From NCBI RefSeq assembly GCF_018977255.1, contig NW_024704743.1, forward strand, positions 91,948,001-92,012,000: 64,000 bases of DNA, given 5' to 3'. The stretch comes from Callorhinchus milii. Its lineage: Eukaryota. Positions within the stretch are counted from its first letter, which is position 1, and each line of letters starts with the position of its first letter. Below the pieces are notes generated by a model, which was not told the origin of the DNA, ran no database searches, and saw only the letters and a list, made by a program, of their open reading frames with translations. The position numbers and the translations under genes are program-made. This document shows, piece after piece, positions 1 to 11,974 of this stretch.

Positions 1-164
1 TCTCAAAAGACCAAGTTTGTATCACTTGACTCTCATCCCAGGCCTTTCATTCCACTTATTTCATTTGAGCTATAGCCAGCAACCATAACTCCAGGAGCAC
101 TGGCAATAAGATAGCTCATTCACTGGTGCCTGTGACACTGACCTGGCAACAATATAGCTGCCTT

Positions 165-761
165 AGTTGCTTCTGAGTCAGAAGTTTTCCTTTGAGTCAG
201 AAGACTGTGGGTTCAACAGCAACAACTTGTATTTATATAGCGCCCTTCACACGGGGTAACTTCATGGTGGCAGAGTCTGACGATGAGCTAGGGGGAGAAG
301 GAGGGGGAAGGTGACCGTAAGCACGATTAAAAAGGAAGGTCTTTAGGTGGGATTTGAAGGTGGGGAGGGAGGGGGCAAGGTGGAGGGGTTGAGGGAGATA
401 GTTCAAGCTCCTTGGGGATTCAAGCCCCATGTCAGGACTTTGAGTTCCCAGCCTAGGCCTTCACTATAGTGCAGTGCTGGGGAATGCTATCCTTCAGATG
501 AGACATGAAATTGGGCTCCCATCTGTCTGTTGAGATAGGCACTAAAGATCCTCTGGCACCATTTAAAAAAAGAATGGTGTTTCTATCGGTGTCCCGGCCA
601 ACAATCAGCCACATTTCAAAAAATAGAAATGCACTTCATGGCTGTTAGCGTTACATGGAGTTGGACAAATTTGGCTACAGATGCAGTCACTGCACTTTAC
701 AGGAAACAATGGTAGCATTTCAAGACATTTTGGCACAGTAAACTGCTATATGAAATACAAG
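165..761 (+). mobile_element. Old tRNA-derived Deu-domain SINE (SacSINE1-like), split by an L2 fragment in its B box
   Basis: Head gagtcagaagactgtgggttcaa stops at 216 and resumes as ttcaagccccat at 419. Deu body cttcagatgagacatgaaa...aaagatcctctggcacc...ggtgtcccggccaac follows. Matches the copy at 3331-3770. Confidence 0.8.
217..418 (-). mobile_element. L2 LINE 3' fragment
   Basis: (TTG)n tail and 3' stem-loop on the minus strand. ORF 233..430 ends FKSHLKTFLF, an L2 ORF2 C-terminus. TSD TTCAA at 212-216 and 419-423. Confidence 0.85.
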
Positions 762-1094
762 ATGCCACACTGAATAGTTGGAGTGCTAGACAATCTGTTA
801 AACAAATGTCATAAATTTAAACTTGAATGGCTTGACCAGGTCACTGTTCATTACATTGACACTGTTATGGCTGAAATTGTCTGTTAGGAGTAAAAACAAG
901 GTTGTATTGCAATGCTGAGCTGATTGTGCTAAACTGCTTTTGCTGAAAACAATGCCTAGTTCCTGCCTGCAGGAAAACTAAGCTGTACAGGGGTCAAAGA
1001 CCATATTTGGGAATAAGTTAAGAATGTTGGTTTTGTGACTTTTACTGTAAATACAATGGCTGAAAGAATGAGTGATAAGGAAGAAGTTGTGGTT

Positions 1095-1244
1095 AACAAC
1101 AACAACAACAACAAGATTCCATTTATAAAGCGCCTTTCACGTCAGGAGGACGTCCCAAGGCGCTGCACAGTTGGGTCATGACCCGAGCAGGGGGGAAATG
1201 GTCAGGGTGAGGGGAGGGAGCGAGGAGGGGGGAAATGGTCAGGG
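1095..1244 (-). mobile_element. L2 3' tail fragment with ~37-bp internal duplication
   Basis: (CAA)n tail plus gcgcctttcacgtcaggaggacgtcccaaggcgc. gggggaaatggtcagggt occurs twice. TAACA on both sides (1094-1098, 1245-1249). Confidence 0.85.
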
Positions 1245-1249
1245 TAACA

Positions 1250-1647
1250 TGTTGCAGGACCACATGAATACCCAAATAAGGTTGATAACTTGCAAAATAG
1301 ATTAGGGGACATAGTGTGCTCGGGTGCAAAGGATAAAATAAGGGTAAGAACAGGAAAAAGACAGACGTCTCCGGAGTATGGGTAGATGGAAGATTGAAAG
1401 CAGGAAGAAACAAGTTTGCACGTGGTAAAGACACAGTGCTGAGTTTGTATGCTGTAAAGACACAGTGCTGAGTTTGTATGCTGTAAAGACACATTGCTGA
1501 GCGTGAACCATCTACGGTAGTATTGTTCCGTTATAAGATCGATTGATTGTACCTGCCTTTCTTCTACCCATTGGGAAACTGGGGAATAACGATTAATAAA
1601 ACAGTCTAATATCTGGTTTCAAACGGGTGTTGGCTGACTTTATTTCA
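1250..1647 (+). mobile_element. Solo LTR with 29-bp internal tandem repeat
   Basis: Starts TGTTG. Ends CA at 1647 with 4-bp TSD AACA (alternative end CAACA at 1654). AATAAA near the 3' end. 3' half homologous to 43380-43597. 29-bp unit starts at 1425, 1454, 1483. Confidence 0.7.
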
Positions 1648-1815
1648 AACAACACTATCTTAGTTAAAATAATGTCTTTGGCATCAACGTTTAGCAAAGC
1701 AGAAACCAAAAACGATAAAAGTGGATCTCAGCTCAGGATGAAGATCCAAATTGGAACTGAAAAGCAAGACAAGGAGATTTTACAAGTTAAATAAATAAAT
1801 TCAAATAGACGTTAA

Positions 1816-2130
1816 GCGTCCTGTAGCTTAATGGTTAGAGGGCTCGCCTCGCAAGCAAGAGGATTTCTGTTACAAATGTTGGGCAAGTTTCTTTACTCCA
1901 CATGCCTCTGTTTACCTAGCAGTAAGTAGAAACATGTCAGTCGATTGGCAGATTGCTTTTCTGGAGGTAATAATCCCTTCAAAAAAAAATAATAATTTGG
2001 TCACTCAATTGAAAATTGTTTGCAGGATACTGCTGTGTGCAATTGGCATTTCACCCACAAAATATACAAACAATTCATTTTACAGTATATTCTGTGAAGT
2101 GCTTTGAGACATGTTGAAGATATGATAGGT
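1816..2130 (+). mobile_element. Chimeric tRNA/CORE-like/Deu SINE, long variant, tail lost
   Basis: A-box-like tagcttaatgg, then ttgggcaagtttctttactccacatgcctctgtttacctagcagtaagtag, then the Deu 3' half. Confidence 0.85.
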
Positions 2131-2169
2131 GAGAAGTAGAGGAAGCTAGCAGAGTAGGGTGTGAGCAGG

Positions 2170-2290
2170 TCAAAACTCCCTTCAATTCTGAACAGTGCCA
2201 AAGGATCTTTAATGTCCACCTGAACAAGCAAACGGGATCTTGGTTTTATGTTTCATCTGAAGAACAGCACCTCCAATAATGCAGTGCACC
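2170..2290 (-). mobile_element. Deu-SINE internal fragment
   Basis: ggatctttaatgtccacctgaacaagcaaacgggatc is the reverse complement of the Deu core. Confidence 0.7.
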
Positions 2291-2914
2291 TTCTCCCTGC
2301 ACTTATATTCACTCTGTGCTTAAATATAAAATCTCCATTTGCCACATCCATGAAAAACCTACTAACCATGGGGTTGGCGTCCTCCCAGATACTTGCCTAC
2401 GTATGGTATAGCCAGAGGTTTCCCAAAAGCAATCAAACATTTCCCCTCTGTAATTCCCAGAAGTAAACAATTTTCTCTGTTTTCCCTCACTAGATAACCT
2501 TTGTTCCTTTAATTTTCTTCCATCTCCTTCACAACCCTTGTAAATCAGAATGTTTATTGGTCTCTTTGCTCGGGTTTGAAATGGAAGCAAAAGCAACTCA
2601 GCTCACAGTTTACTCCCTGGGTGGATCATACCCTTTAATCAGATCTTGCGTGAATGTGGCATAAAATGTGAGTGTTTCTGTTTATTTTGAATGTCTTTAA
2701 AGTGCCGAGACATAAAGAAAACAAAGATAGGTCCATTAGCACCATCAGAATTAAGAAGCTGGTCTTCTGTCTCAGTCTGGCCCACACATCGGCAAGTACA
2801 TGGGAGGATACCAATGATATGGTTAGTACGTTTTTTCCTGGTCTATATTGTGAAAAACTATCATTTTGAGTGCACAGCAGTGAACGATTGTATGATGTGC
2901 CTGTTGATTGAATT

Positions 2915-3003
2915 ACAGTTATATAGAGTGATACGACCCAGAAAAAGACCATTCAGCTCAACTAGTCCATGCAGGTGTTTATATTCAACATGAGCCTCTC
3001 TCC
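2915..3003 (-). mobile_element. Old CR1 3' end fragment
   Basis: gaccattcagctcaactagtccatgcaggtgtttat. Same tail type as 14300-14400 (+). Confidence 0.55.
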
Positions 3004-3149
3004 TTGTCAGAAGGTTGTGGGTTCAAGCCCCATATTGACACTTGGAACCCATATAGTCTATGAAATGTTTTCCATTTTAAAACTGAATATTAATGGATTT
3101 TTTTTACACCATGAAGGAAAATATGGTATATGATATAATTATCACATTA

Positions 3150-3770
3150 GGAGTCCTGTAACATAGTGCTTAGCTTGCTTACCTCGCAAACGAGAGGGTT
3201 GAGGTTCAATTCCCAGGCAATGCGAAACTTTAGGCAAGTTTGCTTACCCCAAATGCCTCTGCTTACCTAACAGTAAGTAGAAACCTAGTTGTTAGTTGAT
3301 TGGTGGATCGCTTTCCAGGGGTAATGGTCTGTGTTTCAGACTGGCGCAGTAGTACCACTCTCGCCTCTGAGTCAGAAGACTGTGGGTTCAAGCCCCCCGT
3401 TGGGACTTGGAATCACATAGACTAAGCTGACACTCCAATACAGTGCTGGGGGGTGTTGCATTGGCAGAAGTGCTACCCTTAATCCGAGTTCCCATCTGCC
3501 TGTTCAGATCAATGTTAAAGATCCCATGATACTATCTGAAAAGAGAAGGGAATTTCACCCGGTGTCCTGGCTAATAATCCCTCAAAATAAAATTGGTCAC
3601 TCGCTCCATGGCTGTTTGTGGGACACTGCTATGCGCACCTGGCTTCTGCATTTCGCCCACATAATACAGAGTCAGTTCACTTTACGGTATATCCTGTGAA
3701 GGGCTTTGCGATGGCTCAATGACGTGATATATCAAATGCAAAGATTATTAATGCAAATTATTATTATTAT
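3150..3770 (+). mobile_element. Dimeric SINE: tRNA/CORE-like head (3150-3325) fused to a complete tRNA-Deu SINE (3331-3770)
   Basis: Two pol III heads (B boxes ggttcaattcc and ggttcaagccc) and one (ATT)n tail. 10-bp TSD ATTATCACAT at 3138-3147 and 3766-3775. Confidence 0.85.
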
Positions 3771-5506
3771 CACATACCACATTGTTCTACCATCCATATA
3801 TAACAACTTACATTTATAAAGCTTCTTTCACATAGAAAATCACCACACAAAATGAGAATAAGTAGAAATGAAGTGATTGATAAAGTAAACCCAGTACAAA
3901 ACTTACAGATGTGTTGAGGTAGCAGAATAAGATAGCACAGGTATAGGGCTGCACAGAGCAATCTCAGGACAAGCATCAGGAGATATTGTGTCAGAAGGTA
4001 ATTAACATCTGTAACAGGTTATCGTAAAGGATGGTTGAAGCTAGGACACTGAATTCATTTAAAAAGCAATTTATTATTGTTATGGAAGGGTGTTTATTCC
4101 AGAAGGAAGACATCAAATGGGTCAAAGCGCTTTCTTCATCTGAACCTCTCTTGCAGATGTATAATCCTGCATGAACCAATCAGTTAATCCCACTCCTGCT
4201 TACGTAGACAATCATAGCAGTTACGTTATACAAGCAAATATAAAGCCATGTTTTTCGGATTTCTCTGCTGTTGGCATTTTCCATCTTGTAAAAGGCTCCC
4301 ATTCGAATAGAGAAATAAATTTGCCAGTGAAGCATCTCAGACCTAATCTCAATAACATGCCTGAGGCAGAAATAGAGTGCGGCAGTTAACGGTTTGATTT
4401 CAGCCTCTGCCCAATTAACTTGGAGTGGTCAGAGTACAAGAATGATAGTCAATAAAGGTTACATAAGTCCATGTGCACAAGACCACAACAATGAAACCTG
4501 CAGAACTCTAATACAGGGAAATATTTCTATTTTGCTTAATGCAAACAAATAATGAATAACAAGCTCAGTGAATAAATACAGATCAATGTGAATGACCCTT
4601 TGGACCGCTCTGGTATGTTGCTTTTGCAAGTGATTGGCAGACCGCTGCCATTTTTTTTGTGTTAAATGTGTTTTCATAAGGTCAAGCAATTTCACTTTTT
4701 AAATCTTTTTGAACACATATATAATACTAGGACCACATTGAGCTCTTCCCCATAATAATAAATTATTAAACTTGGACTTTCAAACAGCCTTTATTTATTG
4801 CATCTGACTTGTGTATATTTAATGTGGGTACATTCATGATCCAACGAGCTGCCAGTGGGGTGTTCAGTCTTCAAAGATTAATTTTCTTTTCATTTGGGTC
4901 TTTATTGATATTTGAGAGGAGATTTATGTCATTTCTTTACAGGATTAATTTTAATATTTGCTTGATCATTAATTATGGCTACTGATGCATTCACACATTC
5001 CTTTCACAGAGGGGGAAGAAAATAGTCATTAATTTTCTGTCCACAAATATCACTGGTAGCATATGCTGCTAAACACTATGGAATAAATTGATTTAGCTTC
5101 AATTCAGCAGCGCTACCATATCACTGATTTATAATGTCAGTGAGTGACAAGGTCTGTTTGTCTTTATTTTCATTCTGACAAATGTCAGCGGAGAATTGGC
5201 GGGAGGGTTTGTATTCTGTGGCACCTGTCAGGTTTCTGCCAAAGACCATGACAAGAGCAGTACCTTCTCACATGCCAAGGACTGTCAGCAGGGCTGTCAC
5301 GTTTCAGCACACATCCATATAAGCATGAACTCTGAACAAAGGTAGAACCTGATATAGCAGCACAAAGGGTCTAGAGTACCCACCAAGCATAAATTGCCAG
5401 CAACACTGCAAATCTATGGGCCACAGAAAGGTTTAAGATGATTTTTTTTCTCATAATCCTTTCATGGATTTGTTTCAAACAGAGACCACTTGTAATTGTT
5501 TGTATG

Positions 5507-5571
5507 AGCGTCCTTGGGACGTCCTCCCGATATGAAAGGGGCTATAGAAATGTAATTTTGTTGTTGTTGTT
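5507..5571 (+). mobile_element. L2 3' tail
   Basis: gggacgtcctcccgatatgaaaggggctatagaaatgtaattttgttgttg. Confidence 0.8.
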
Positions 5572-5599
5572 TGTAGGATTAAACACTAATGAGTTTACC

Positions 5600-5885
5600 A
5601 AGTGAGTGACCAATTTTATTTGGGGGATTGTTGGCTAGGACTCCAGGAAAAACACCCATCTCGTTTTGAAAAGCGGCATGGAATCTTTAACATCCACCTG
5701 AACAGGCAGATGGGACCTCGGTTTAACGTCTCATCCAAAGGATGGCACCTCCAAAAATGCAACACCCTCAGCACTGCATTGGAGTGTCATTTTAGATGAT
5801 GTGATTCCAATTTCCGATGTGGGTCTTGAACCCACAACCTACTGATTCAGAGGCGAGAGTGCTACCACTGTGCCAAACTACACAC
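5600..5885 (-). mobile_element. tRNA-Deu SINE, 3' tail missing
   Basis: Minus strand reads ggcacagtggtagcactctcgcctctgaatcagtaggttgtgggttcaag...ggatgagacgttaaaccgagg. Confidence 0.85.
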
Positions 5886-6375
5886 CATCAAACAGATAAC
5901 CAATTTTATGTGGGGGCATGTTCAAGACACAAGGAGAAACTCCCTTCTATTTTGAATAATGCTGTGAGACTTTTAACATCCACCTCTTCTTGAACAGGTA
6001 GATGGGAACTCGATGTGATGCATACTAAAGACTTGATAGGTTCTTTAAAGGATATTTTGGGAATATTATAGAAAATATTATCAATTATCACATGTAGGCA
6101 GATGGTGTTAAATTGAATTTTCAAATCAGTTATCATATACGCAGATTAATTAAATTTCAGATCCAGATTGTATGGGCTTTAATATAGGAACCTTATAATT
6201 GGAAAACATCAGCTCAGTTTTTATTCTGAAGAAACTTGAAAGAAGTGACTGTCAGAATACATTCCAGGATCCTCAAAGAAATACAATAGTAAATCAGTGT
6301 GGCTGTAATATCTGAGGACTCGTAATAAATAATAGAATTTCACATAGGCATTGTTCCGTATTTCTTGCTGTCCAC

Positions 6376-6748
6376 AATAATAATAATAATAATCCTTGCA
6401 TTTGATATAGCGCTTTTCACGTCTTCTCGACGTCTCAAAAGCGCTTCACAGAATAAACTGTAAAGTGAATTGACTGTATATTTGTGGGCGAAACGCAGCA
6501 GCCAATTGCGCACAGCAGTGTCCCACAAATAGTTATAGATTGAGTGACCAAATTATTATTATTTTTTGAGGGAATTATTACTCCAAAAAAGCGATCTGCC
6601 AATCGACTAACAAACAGGTTCCTACTTACTGCTAGGTAAACAGAGGGATGTGAAGTAAGAAAATTTGCCCAACATTTCACCCTGCCGCGAATCAAACCCA
6701 GGTCTCTCATTTGTGAGGCGAGTGGTCTAATTACCAAGCTACAGGACT
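6376..6748 (-). mobile_element. Chimeric SINE, long variant, near full length
   Basis: tRNA head, CORE-like block ctctgtttacctagcagtaagtagg, Deu 3' half, (ATT)n tail. Confidence 0.9.
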
Positions 6749-7146
6749 AAGAGAGCACTTTGTGTATTATAAAATTGTTGTTCATTTTAAGATAATGTGG
6801 GCGGTTGAATAATATAGAGGATACATACAATTTAGGGATTAATTAGATGTTGTTGAGAGTTTATTTATGACCCAGAATCACATTACTCTGTTAATTACAT
6901 CACTTTTGTCTACGTTAACACCAGTGTTACTTTACTGCTGTTACATTTAGTGCAAGCATTATGAAACCTCCCCTTAGAAGGACCAAACATGTCAGCTTGG
7001 AAAGAACATATGGTGGTGAACACATTCTCTTAAGTAGAACTTTTTTTCCTCATATCCATTAATTAATGTTTCTTCAAAGCCAAACTAGAAGATATCATGC
7101 CCCTGCCATCTTACACCTGCAGTGCTCAGACAACAGTAAACGTAAC

Positions 7147-7310
7147 CCTTGCAGTTGACATAGCACCTTTCATGTTGGAAGGACGTCTCAAATTGCTTCA
7201 CAGGATTTATTGAAATATGGTCGCTATACCTCCCAGTAAATCCTATGAAATACTTTATGTCCTCCTGACTTGAAAGGCGCTATATCAAATGCAAGGATTA
7301 TTATTATTAT
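7147..7310. repeat. Inverted pair of SINE 3' tails
   Basis: 7147-7212 (-) and 7234-7310 (+) both begin at ca(a/g)taaatcc. 21-bp spacer. Confidence 0.75.
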
Positions 7311-8199
7311 AATTTCCTAACAATAGAGGCTGTGATTGATTGTGACTCTTCCCACTTGCTGGACAATCCCATTGCCAGTGAGCACAGTCCATAAAATATT
7401 TCTATACTTCTGAATCAGCGTGAAAAAANGCTATATTTCCCCTTACTCTTCAGTTTGGTACCTGGAATTTCTCCAGCTTGATGTGTCAAAGCCCATGAAT
7501 ACAAGCAGTAATGTCCTATCTGACTTGTAAAACAAAAACAGTTCATTGAACTTCAGATTTGCAGAAACATTCTGCTAGCTCCACTCGGAGAGTACTTTTC
7601 TTTGTGTGTGCTATGAAATAATTAGTCTTGGTGAATCGGTTTGGTAGTGATATCATTCCTGTGTTGCTGTCCTTTGTCCTGAAGAAAGCCAGGTTGGCTG
7701 GTTTCTGTCAAAACAACCTGACAGAAAGTGCTGTTGGCTGGGGAGCCCCTCTGCTGCTTCTAACAACACCTGACAGCTTCCATTCTGTGTACCCAATAGC
7801 CTGAAATATAAATCAGCTTCCCATTGATCACAGCATGTACAGTCACACATATTAATATCGTCTTTGTTCATTCCCGCAAAGAGGTTAATAAATAGGGAGC
7901 AAGCACCGAATCAGGGAGACATAAAAGATTTAAACCATTGTAAGAAAGGTGCTTTTGGCAATCATGAAGCATCACGTAACTTTTGATCTTTTCACCCACC
8001 CCACAATTTAGCACATGTTCAATGTTGTTCTGTTATTTCTGTTTAAAACAAGACCCTCCAAAACAATTTTGTCAAATCAAAAGAGTTTAGAAGTATTGTA
8101 GTTTACCCAGAACTTCCCAACCCATAGGAGAAAGAACTGTATGTAGATATATTTGTATAGGTTTTTACTTAACTTGATTTCTGATTAAGGATAAAGCTT

Positions 8200-8366
8200 A
8201 ACTGGATAGGTATCTGGAGAAGACAGGTTTGCAGGGTTATGGGGAGAAAGCTGGTGAGTGGGGTTAATAAAAGTCAGTTGCTCTGTCAAAGAGCCGGCAC
8301 AGACTCGATGGGCCGAATGGCCTCCTTCTGTGCCATAACATTCTATGATTCTATGATTCTATGATT
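8200..8366 (+). mobile_element. Young CR1 3' end, 5'-truncated
   Basis: Ends in (TTCTATGA)n. Two substitutions versus the reverse complement of 12864-13021. Confidence 0.92.
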
Positions 8367-8695
8367 AACATCAGTGATTGGTGCCCATATTAGAACTTCC
8401 AGAACGTATGTGCCTTCAAATCGTATTTTATTCACCAGGCATCAAATGAATATGTCTAATGCAATTATCATTCATTTCTGCTGTACTTTTATACTGGTGC
8501 ATTGGAATCCCCTGCACACTTGGATACAGATGGTGGCTCTGAGTAGTGGTGAAAATAGCTGAATTTCAGCAGTAGTTAGAAAAATCTATTTGAAGTTAAT
8601 TTTCATACAAACTCTTACTTTTTGGGGTATCATGGGGTAAATGATTTGTTGTATGATACTCGCTGTGGGGAATGGAACGTTTTCTACATTTGATT

Positions 8696-10005
8696 ACAAC
8701 AACAACAAAATTACATTTGTATAGCGCCTTTCACACTGGGAGGATATCCCAAGGCACTGGACAGAGAGAGTTGCGGACCCGAGCTGAGGGTCGGGGTGGA
8801 GGAGGGGGGAGGGCAGGGGTGAAGCAGGGAGGTTGAAAGCACGGTCGAAGAGGAGGGTCTTCAGGTGGGTCTTGAAAGTGGTGAGGGAGGGGGCAAGACT
8901 GCGGGATAGAGTTCCAGAGGGTGGGTGCAGAGTGGCGGAAGGCCCGCCCACCGATTGTGGGGTGAGCAAGGTGGGAGACATGAAGCAGGCTGGAGCACAC
9001 TGAGCAGAGGGAGGTTAGGAGGTCGGAGAGGTAGGGGGAAGCAAGACCATGGAGATGCAGTGAATGAGAATAGAGTGGTCGACGGTGTCGAAAGCATCAG
9101 GGAGGTCAAGGAGAACGAGGAGGCAGAGGGAGCCCTGGTTGCAGATGGACAGAATGTCATTTGTCACTTTGACCAGTTTCTGTGCTATGGGCGGCAAGGA
9201 AACCCGATTGGAGGGGTTCGAGAAGGGAGTGCGGGAGAGAAAGGAGTGAAGCTGAGAATCAACAAGTCATTCTGGGACCTTGGAGAGCAAAGGGAGGTTG
9301 GAGATGGGGTGTAGTTAGGAAGTAGAGAAGCCTCCAGGGAGGGTTTTTTAAAGATAGGAATGATGACAGTGTTTTTTAAAGGGGTGGGAACAATATCAGA
9401 GGACAGGGAGAGGTTAACGATGTCTAGGAGGGGGGTAGGGATGGGATTGAGGAAGCAGGTGGTGAGTTTCGGTATGGTGGTGATGAAAGAGGAGGGGGAG
9501 ACTGATTCAAAGATGTGGAGGGAGGGGTGGGTAGGGGCTGGGGTGGAGTGGGAGGAGGAGATGGGGAGGGTGTAGCAGTTGCAATGGCAGAAGCAGCTGA
9601 GCGGATTTCCTCGACTTTGGATTCGAGAAGTTAAGGGAGATGAAGTGATGGTCCGAGATCACTTTGTCAATGATTGTGAGGTCCGCAACATGAGACCCCG
9701 AGTGATTGCCAGGTCAAGGGGGTGACTGCGGACATGGGTGGCAGAGTGGATGTGGAGGGAGAGATTGAGGGAGGAGATAAGGGAAGAAAAGTCAGCAGAG
9801 GTAGAGCAGGAGGTGGTGAAGTGAAGATTGAAATCACCAAGGATGAGGAGGCGTTCAGAGCGAAGGGAGAGGGACGATAGAAGGGTGGCGATGTCAGGGA
9901 TGAAGGTAGAGGAGGGCTTGGGGGTGCGGTAGATAAGGAGAATTTTGAGGGAAAGGTTGGAGGGTTGATAGAGGGTAAGGTGCTCAAAGGATGGGAGCGC
10001 CAGGT
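8696..10005 (-). mobile_element. L2 LINE with large internal deletions (APE endonuclease, partial RT, 3' end)
   Basis: Motifs IYRTPK, ILGDFNLH and HPLDLAIT (ORF 9659..10015), LDLPDAFDTVDH (9015..9197), GGRAF...LWNSIP. (TTG)n tail at 8696. Confidence 0.92.
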
Positions 10006-11154
10006 TTAACGACAAGTCTGGTTTCTTTCAAACCAATTTGACAGCTGTTGGCTGAGAAATACTTCTGCTGTTTCCGATAACATCCAACAGTATCCAATTC
10101 AGCCATAATGTGGGTTTGATAGAAAGGAAAACTCCTACTCTGACCCAACAATATGCTTCAGACTCTACCTCAGAACATCATTCTTTTTCCTGCTATCACC
10201 GTGTGAATTTCCATTAGGGTTAACCAGCTTCGAGTTGAGTCTGAAAAAATTGATTTGTAACAGAGATTGCAATCAAACCATTGTGCCAAAGCCAAAGAGA
10301 TGTTCAGACTTGAAACTAATGAAAAATTAGCAATTCATAGGTCTCATCTGCTCCAAGACATTATCCTACATGAAGGGTGCTAGATAAATGTAAGTTGTTG
10401 AAACTTAGTAACTGAAATTCCATCATTTCTTAACAGATTAGATGTGATTATGATCACGTTGAGTCTGTTAGGAAATGTTACAAGTTAACCCATTGCATGT
10501 TATTAGGCTCTGGCCTTTCACATCCCAGACCAATTTCTCAGATTTAGTAATTGAAGAAAGTTATCTTTGCATATTTTCTCCTCAGATTTAGCTGAGCCAG
10601 AGTAATTATCTACAATAGCTACATATAATGACACATTTTCCCCTACTCCTGGATAAAGTATCAGATAATCTGAATCTTGATGTAATTTCCATCGTAGCTC
10701 AGAGTGAAGTGGATGAGGTTAGTCAACTGCTATGAGCTAGAAGTCTTGGTGATGGTCTGTAGCATGTAAGATGAGTCTGAATGAATCATAATTGCCAAAT
10801 TATTCAAATGCCTAAGGTAATGCTGGGAGCTTGCAGGCAGATTGGATTCAGGGGAAAGAGCAGAAAAGGTGTAGATTGTAAAGTGAAGCCTGCAGGGCAA
10901 TAGGGATTGATGTACAAGAACTGTACATAACTGGAGTGAGAACAACAAATAGAAATTAGTTGATTAAATCCAAGTTTAATTTGAAGTAGAAAAGTCAAAT
11001 GAAATACAAACTTCCTGTGGGTGTAATTTGTGTTATTCTTTCTTTTATACCATGATGGAAATTGGACTCGGATGAAGGATGCAGCTGTAAGGCTGCATTT
11101 GGTACATTCAATGAAATTAGTGGAGCCCAGGAATGATTCTCTAATTTGCTTGTA

Positions 11155-11375
11155 TGAATCACAAAGATCACAAGTTTAGTTTGGATGAAGAAGGCTCTTT
11201 GGTCCATCTGATGTCATCCTTTCAGAATGCCCACCTTAACAATCTTCCATTATCATAGCATCAAGCTGCTTTTAAAATAAGTCCAGGGCCCTCAAACACC
11301 CTTACTGGCAATCTGTTCCAGTCATTCGTTTCCCTCTGGTAAAGAAAAATAGTCCTCTTGTCCCATTGTCTTGGT
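11155..11375 (-). mobile_element. Old CR1 3' fragment
   Basis: atcacaaagatcacaag tail, ggatgaagaaggctctttggtccatctga. Similar tails at ~22250-22300, 24520-24570 and 39430-39475. Confidence 0.6.
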
Positions 11376-11974
11376 GCATCCAAAAGTGTTGTCTATAGAT
11401 AGAATAGATTTCACGTGAGAGGAAGGAATATCAAAAACTGTGCCTGCTGCTTTCTTTAGTCTTCACCTGTTAACTTGTATCACCTCATTTTCTCCTCTTT
11501 CTACCACAATCACAAACCTGCACCCTAAATTTTAAATGAAGTAGAGCCATCAAATGATATACAAGCTTCCTGTGGGTGTAATGTGTGTAATTAATTTTGC
11601 TATTGACAATAACAATGGATTCTGAATAACTTTGTGAAGTTGGTTGAAGTGTAGTTCTTTTTTGGTCCAGCAATGAGCAGGTATCTGCTCTACCCAATAG
11701 TCCAGAGATACTTGCATGCAGTCCACAGTCATTGGAGTTAAAATTCACTCCTCAGGTAAGGGGTAACAATGATGCTACATGATCTGCATTTTCTACAGGA
11801 ATATATCTGAAGGCCACACCAACTTGATAGGCCACAGATTGTGAAACATAAGCACTTTCCTGAGCAGCTTTTTCAGTTGTAATATCTTTACGAATATCCA
11901 CAGCCTCTGATATGCACTCAAACCTGAATGCTAATCTCCACATAATGCATTTTGTGCTAAAATTCAGATTGCAC

